This document shows positions 59,895 to 64,000 of a stretch of 64,000 bases of DNA, piece by piece. The first letter of the stretch is position 1. Every line of letters begins with the position of its first letter. Both the position numbers and the translations under genes were made by a program. The notes beneath the pieces are model-generated. The model was given only the letters and a program-made list of their open reading frames with translations. It was not told the origin of the DNA and did not search any database. Origin of the DNA: Vulcanimicrobiota bacterium (GTDB lineage Bacteria; Vulcanimicrobiota; Vulcanimicrobiia; Vulcanimicrobiales; Vulcanimicrobiaceae); NCBI GenBank assembly GCA_963833095.1, contig CAWHWQ010000005.1, forward strand, positions 512,001-576,000. The letters are read 5' to 3'.

Positions 59895-60607
59895 GCACGA
59901 TTCGCATCGAAGACTTGCGCGTCGCGTTTGGTGAACTGCGCGTGCTCGACGGACTTTCGCTCACAGTAGAGCGCGGCGAGATCGTTGCCGTGCTCGGGCC
60001 CAGCGGCTGCGGCAAGAGCACGCTGCTACGAGCGATTGCGGGGCTGGACGTTCATCCGCTCGGCACGATCGCCGTCGAGGGTGACGTCGGCTATGTCTTT
60101 CAGGAGCCGCGGCTTTTTCCGTGGCTCAACGTCGAGAAGAACGTTCGTTTCGCCGCGCGCACGCCCGAAGAACGCGAACGCGTCAACGCGGTGCTCGAGC
60201 TCACCGGATTGCAAGACGCTCGAACAACGTTGCCCAAGGCACTCTCGGGCGGCATGGCCCAACGCGCCGCGCTCGCCCGCGCATTGGTGCGCAAGCCGTC
60301 GGTGCTTCTGCTCGATGAACCGCTGGCTTCGCTGGATGCGCTGCGCCGGATGCAATTGCAAGAGGGGATCGCCGAGATCATCGCCGCCGTCGATGCAACA
60401 GCTATTCTCGTAACACACGACATCGAGGAAGCGCTCTACCTCGCCGACCGCATCGTCGTGCTGGGCGGCTCGCCCTCGCGTATCGCGCTCGAAATCACCA
60501 TCCCAGCGCATAAGCGTCGCAACCGCGACGCGAATCTCAACAGCGAACGCAGCACGCTGTTTCACGCATTGTCAGGTGAGGAGACCCGAGAACAAGAATC
60601 GGCATAA
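59891..60607 (+). CDS. ssuB: Sulfonate ABC transporter ATPase
   Basis: GPSGCGKST, FQEPRL, LSGGMAQR, LLDEP, VTHD. Confidence 0.88.
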   Translation: MSTIRIEDLRVAFGELRVLDGLSLTVERGEIVAVLGPSGCGKSTLLRAIAGLDVHPLGTIAVEGDVGYVFQEPRLFPWLNVEKNVRFAARTPEERERVNAVLELTGLQDARTTLPKALSGGMAQRAALARALVRKPSVLLLDEPLASLDALRRMQLQEGIAEIIAAVDATAILVTHDIEEALYLADRIVVLGGSPSRIALEITIPAHKRRNRDANLNSERSTLFHALSGEETREQESA

Positions 60608-60865
60608 GCTTGTCATCCCGAGCGTAGGCGCTCGCCTTGTCATCCCGAGCGTGGGCGCGAAGCGCCGAAGTCGAGGGACTGACGCCACGGCCTGCCTTCG
60701 ACGTTCGGCTGAACGCGTTAGCCGAGCGGCGAGCACCCTGACCATGCGTTGTGCGAGACGCGAGACGCTTAGTGAGGCTGAACGTCCGAGGCAAGGACGT
60801 AAGGCGGTCCCTCGACTACGCGGGTGAACGCGCAGCGTTCACGCCCTACGCTCGGGATGACAAAG
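60608..60865. repeat. REP/MITE-like palindromic element
   Basis: TTGTCATCCCGAGCGT twice (60610, 60637) and inverted at 60846-60863; AGTCGAGGGAC / GTCCCTCGACT inner inverted repeat. Confidence 0.8.
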
Positions 60866-62360
60866 CGGCGGGTGGTTCCCAGCGTAGATCGGGCTGACGG
60901 GCGGCCCGGGTTTCGTCGACACGGCCGACGACCGTCGTCACCGGCGCGGCGAGGAGCGCGTCGGGATTCGTCTTAGCTTCCGCGACGATATCGCGCAGCA
61001 CGGAGATGAAATAGTCCAGTGTTTCTTTCGATTCGGTTTCCGTGGGCTCGATCATCAAGCACTCGGGAACGAGCAGCGGAAAGTACATCGTCGGCGCCAT
61101 CATGCCGTGATCGAGCAGGGCCTTTGCGATGTCGAGCGCCTTGACGCCGGTCTCTTTTTTCAGTCCTTGCGCCGAAGCGACGAACTCGTGACGGCAAATC
61201 TCCGGATACGGCGTATCGAGAAACTCAGCGACGTTCACGCGGACGTAGTTGGCGTTGAGCACCGCGAGTTGCGAGACGCGCTTGAGGCCGTCCGCGCCAT
61301 TGGCGTAGATGTACGCGAGCGCGCGCACCGCGTGCGCGAAGTTCGACCAAAACGAGCGCATCGGCCCGATCGACTTGGGCCGATCGAAATCGAGCGAAAA
61401 CGTGAAGCCGTCGGAGGGTGCGCCGCTGCCATTGTTGGGAATTGCGCGAACGACCGGCGTCGGCAAGTAGTCGACCAAGTGCGCTGCAACACCGACCGGG
61501 CCGTGCCCGGCTCCGCCGCCGCCATGCGGAATGGTGAATGTCTTGTGCGTGTTGAGGTGCATGAGATCGAAGCCCATGTCGCCCGGACGCACGTTGCCCA
61601 TGATGGCATTGGCATTGGCGCCGTCATAATACATCAAGCCGCCGACGTCGTGCACGGCAGCCGCGATCTCGGCGATGTGGTCTTCAAATAGCCCAAGCGT
61701 ATTCGGGTTGGTCATCATGCAGACCGCAGTGTCGGGTCCAAGGACCTTTTGAATCTCTTCGACGCTCACGCGCCCGCGCTCGTCGCTCGGGAGCGAAATG
61801 ACTTTGAAGCCGCACATAGCGGCCGAAGCGGGATTGGTGCCGTGCGCAGTGTCGGGGACGATCACTTTGTCGCGCTTGGTCTCGCCGCGATCTTTGAAAT
61901 ATTTCTTCGCGATCAAGAGCGCCGCGAGCTCCGCATGCGCGCCGGCCGCTGGATTCAGCGAAAAGGCGGCCATGCCGAACAGTGACGCAAGCGAACGCTC
62001 GAGCTCGTACATCACCTGTAGAGCGCCCTGCGCTAATTCATCCGGCGTGTACGGGTGCAGCTGTGCGAATTCACGCTTGCACGCCATCGCGTCATTGACG
62101 CGCGGGTTGTACTTCATCGTGCACGAACCGAGCGGATAAAACCCGAGGTCGATGCCGAACGTGCGCTGCGAGAGCTTGGTAAAGTGACGCACCACCTCGA
62201 GCTCGCTGTTGTCAGGCAGCGGCAGATTGTCGCGCAGCACGTCCTTTGGAAGAAACTGCTCGAGCGGCTTACCCTCCTCGACGTAACGGTTGGCGCGCCC
62301 CTCTTGCCCCAGCTCAAAAATCAGCGGGCTGGCGGTACGATCAAACGTTGGCGTGGACAC
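60846..62360 (-). CDS. gcvPB: Glycine dehydrogenase subunit 2
   Basis: PLGSCTMKYN, AHGTNPASA, HLNTHKTFTIPHGGGG, IEPTETE. Confidence 0.97.
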   Translation of the reverse strand: MSTPTFDRTASPLIFELGQEGRANRYVEEGKPLEQFLPKDVLRDNLPLPDNSELEVVRHFTKLSQRTFGIDLGFYPLGSCTMKYNPRVNDAMACKREFAQLHPYTPDELAQGALQVMYELERSLASLFGMAAFSLNPAAGAHAELAALLIAKKYFKDRGETKRDKVIVPDTAHGTNPASAAMCGFKVISLPSDERGRVSVEEIQKVLGPDTAVCMMTNPNTLGLFEDHIAEIAAAVHDVGGLMYYDGANANAIMGNVRPGDMGFDLMHLNTHKTFTIPHGGGGAGHGPVGVAAHLVDYLPTPVVRAIPNNGSGAPSDGFTFSLDFDRPKSIGPMRSFWSNFAHAVRALAYIYANGADGLKRVSQLAVLNANYVRVNVAEFLDTPYPEICRHEFVASAQGLKKETGVKALDIAKALLDHGMMAPTMYFPLLVPECLMIEPTETESKETLDYFISVLRDIVAEAKTNPDALLAAPVTTVVGRVDETRAARQPDLRWEPPAALSSRA

Positions 62361-63702
62361 GAACGATCTCTCCGAGGGCGGTAGCGAGTTGGGCGATCTG
62401 CGCAGTCGTGGTCAGCTCCGTTGCGTTCATCAGAATGCAGGTCGAGAATTCTGGATACCAGCGTCCCAGATCCACGCCCCCAAGAATCCGACGCTCCACA
62501 AGCTTCGCCAGCACGTCGCGCGCTGGTTGATGCACATCGACGACGATCTCGTTAAAGAACGGCGCCGTAAACTTCAGGTCCACGCCGTCGAGTTTCGAGA
62601 CGGCGGTCGCAAGCTCGCGCGAGCGCTCCAGATTGAGCGCGGCAACGTCGCGCAGTCCGGTCTTGCCCATCAGCGCGAGATATATCGTGGCGATCAGCGC
62701 GCAGTGCGCTTGATTCGTGCAAATGTTGGATGTCGCGCGTTCGCGGCGAATGTGTTGTTCGCGCGCCTGCAAGGTCAACACGTAGGCAGTGCGGCCTTGC
62801 CCGTCGACGCTCTTGCCGACGAGCCGCCCCGGAATGCGCCGCATGTGGTCTTTGGTCGATGCGATAAATCCGACGTACGGGCCGCCGTAAGCCATCGCTA
62901 CGCCGAAACTCTGCGCCTCTCCGACAACGATCTGCGCGCCCCAAGATGCCGGCGTCGCGAGCGCAGCGAGCGAGATCGCTTCAGAAACCACCGCGATCGG
63001 CACCGTTTCGCTTGCGCTCACGGCTTCGCGCGCGTCGGCTGAGAGCGTATCGACGTTTCCGAAGAAGTTGGGCGATTGCAGCGCGACCGCCGCGTATTCC
63101 TTTGAAGCAACCAACGACGCGAGCGCCCGCATATCGGTCGTACCGTCTTTGTTGAGCGGCAGCTCGTCGATGTGCACGTCGAGACCGTCGCAGTACGTTT
63201 TGAGCACCGCGCGATAGTTCGGATCGACCGCTGGGGACACGAGTACTTTCTTGCGCCCATTCTCATTGAGCGCCATGATTGCGCCTTCTGCCAGCGCCGT
63301 AGCGCCGTCATAGACCGACGCATTGGCGATATCCATTCCGGTAAGCAGGCAGATGTAACTCTGCCACTCGTAGATCGCTTGCAGATAGCCCTGCGAAACT
63401 TCCGCTTGGTACGGCGTGTAGGCGGTCAGAAACTCGCCTCGCATCGCAAGCGCCGCAATGGCCGGCGGCGCGTAGTGCCGGTACGAGCCCGCGCCGAGGA
63501 ACGAGGCATAGTCAATGCCGGTGTTCTTGGCGGCAAAATGCTCGAAACGCCGCGCGATCTGATACTCAGGAAGCGCGGGAACCACGTCGAGCTGCGCCCG
63601 CAGCGCGATCGATTCGGGGACCACGAACAGATCGTCTAGCGAAGCGACGCCGATGGCGCTGAGCATCGCTTTGATATCGGCTTCGGTATGAGGGGTGTAC
63701 AT
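62341..63702 (-). CDS. gcvPA: Glycine dehydrogenase subunit 1
   Basis: FLTAYTPYQAEVSQG, NASVYDG, REQHIRRERATSNICTN. Confidence 0.97.
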   Translation of the reverse strand: MYTPHTEADIKAMLSAIGVASLDDLFVVPESIALRAQLDVVPALPEYQIARRFEHFAAKNTGIDYASFLGAGSYRHYAPPAIAALAMRGEFLTAYTPYQAEVSQGYLQAIYEWQSYICLLTGMDIANASVYDGATALAEGAIMALNENGRKKVLVSPAVDPNYRAVLKTYCDGLDVHIDELPLNKDGTTDMRALASLVASKEYAAVALQSPNFFGNVDTLSADAREAVSASETVPIAVVSEAISLAALATPASWGAQIVVGEAQSFGVAMAYGGPYVGFIASTKDHMRRIPGRLVGKSVDGQGRTAYVLTLQAREQHIRRERATSNICTNQAHCALIATIYLALMGKTGLRDVAALNLERSRELATAVSKLDGVDLKFTAPFFNEIVVDVHQPARDVLAKLVERRILGGVDLGRWYPEFSTCILMNATELTTTAQIAQLATALGEIVRVHANV

Positions 63703-63703
63703 G

Positions 63704-64000
63704 CTAATCGTGGGCGATCTTTTCGTAGTCACTCGCGGAGAGAAGGTTGCTCTTCTCACCAGTGTCCTTGAGTTTCACTTTGAAGAGCCAACCGGCGCCG
63801 TAGGGATCGCGGTTCACCGCAGCCGGATCGGCTTCGAGCGATCCGTTGATCTCGAGCACCTCGCCGCCAACGGGCGTGAAGAGATCCGAAACGGCCTTCA
63901 CCGATTCGACCACGCCGATGTTGCCGAACTGCTCGATCGCCTTGCCGACGCGCGGCAGCTCGACGTAAACGATGTCGCCAAGCGAATTCTGCGCATAATC
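63704..64000 (-). CDS. gcvH: Glycine cleavage system H protein (5'-truncated by window edge)
   Basis: YAQNSLGDIVYVELP, VESVKAVSD, DPYGAGW. Confidence 0.95.
   Translation of the reverse strand, partial: DYAQNSLGDIVYVELPRVGKAIEQFGNIGVVESVKAVSDLFTPVGGEVLEINGSLEADPAAVNRDPYGAGWLFKVKLKDTGEKSNLLSASDYEKIAHD

Overview
High-GC bacterial chromosomal segment, mostly housekeeping genes: two tandem secreted S9 peptidases, mutY, a GntR/MocR regulator, a STAND-TPR protein, lpdA-lipB-lipA-RND, a putative outer-membrane barrel plus SGNH lipoprotein, gdh, ychF, mtnP, holB-tmk, bioAFDB plus a decarboxylase, pdxST, ispE, ubiX, a PD-(D/E)XK nuclease plus degenerate UvrD pair, NUDIX-scpAB-nfo-dinB, ssuACB and gcvH-PA-PB. 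No rRNA, tRNA, CRISPR array, prophage or transposase was recognised. Conserved genes in 5.2-20.6 kb carry many frameshifts, most likely assembly errors. The protein style suggests Vulcanimicrobiota/Eremiobacterota (unverified impression). Most interesting signals: (1) a leaderless Met/Cys-containing leader peptide with a terminator/antiterminator switch upstream of the sulfonate ABC transporter, a candidate sulfur-sensing attenuator; (2) a dispersed family of long palindromes whose cores are ladders of tandem G-A pairs with compensatory changes; (3) a second dispersed multi-hairpin element (GGTTCG...CGAACC plus hairpin) with covariation; (4) a split, order-swapped AddB/AdnA-like nuclease plus pseudo-helicase coupled to an Eis-like acetyltransferase. 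All calls come from motif recognition by eye; no searches were run.
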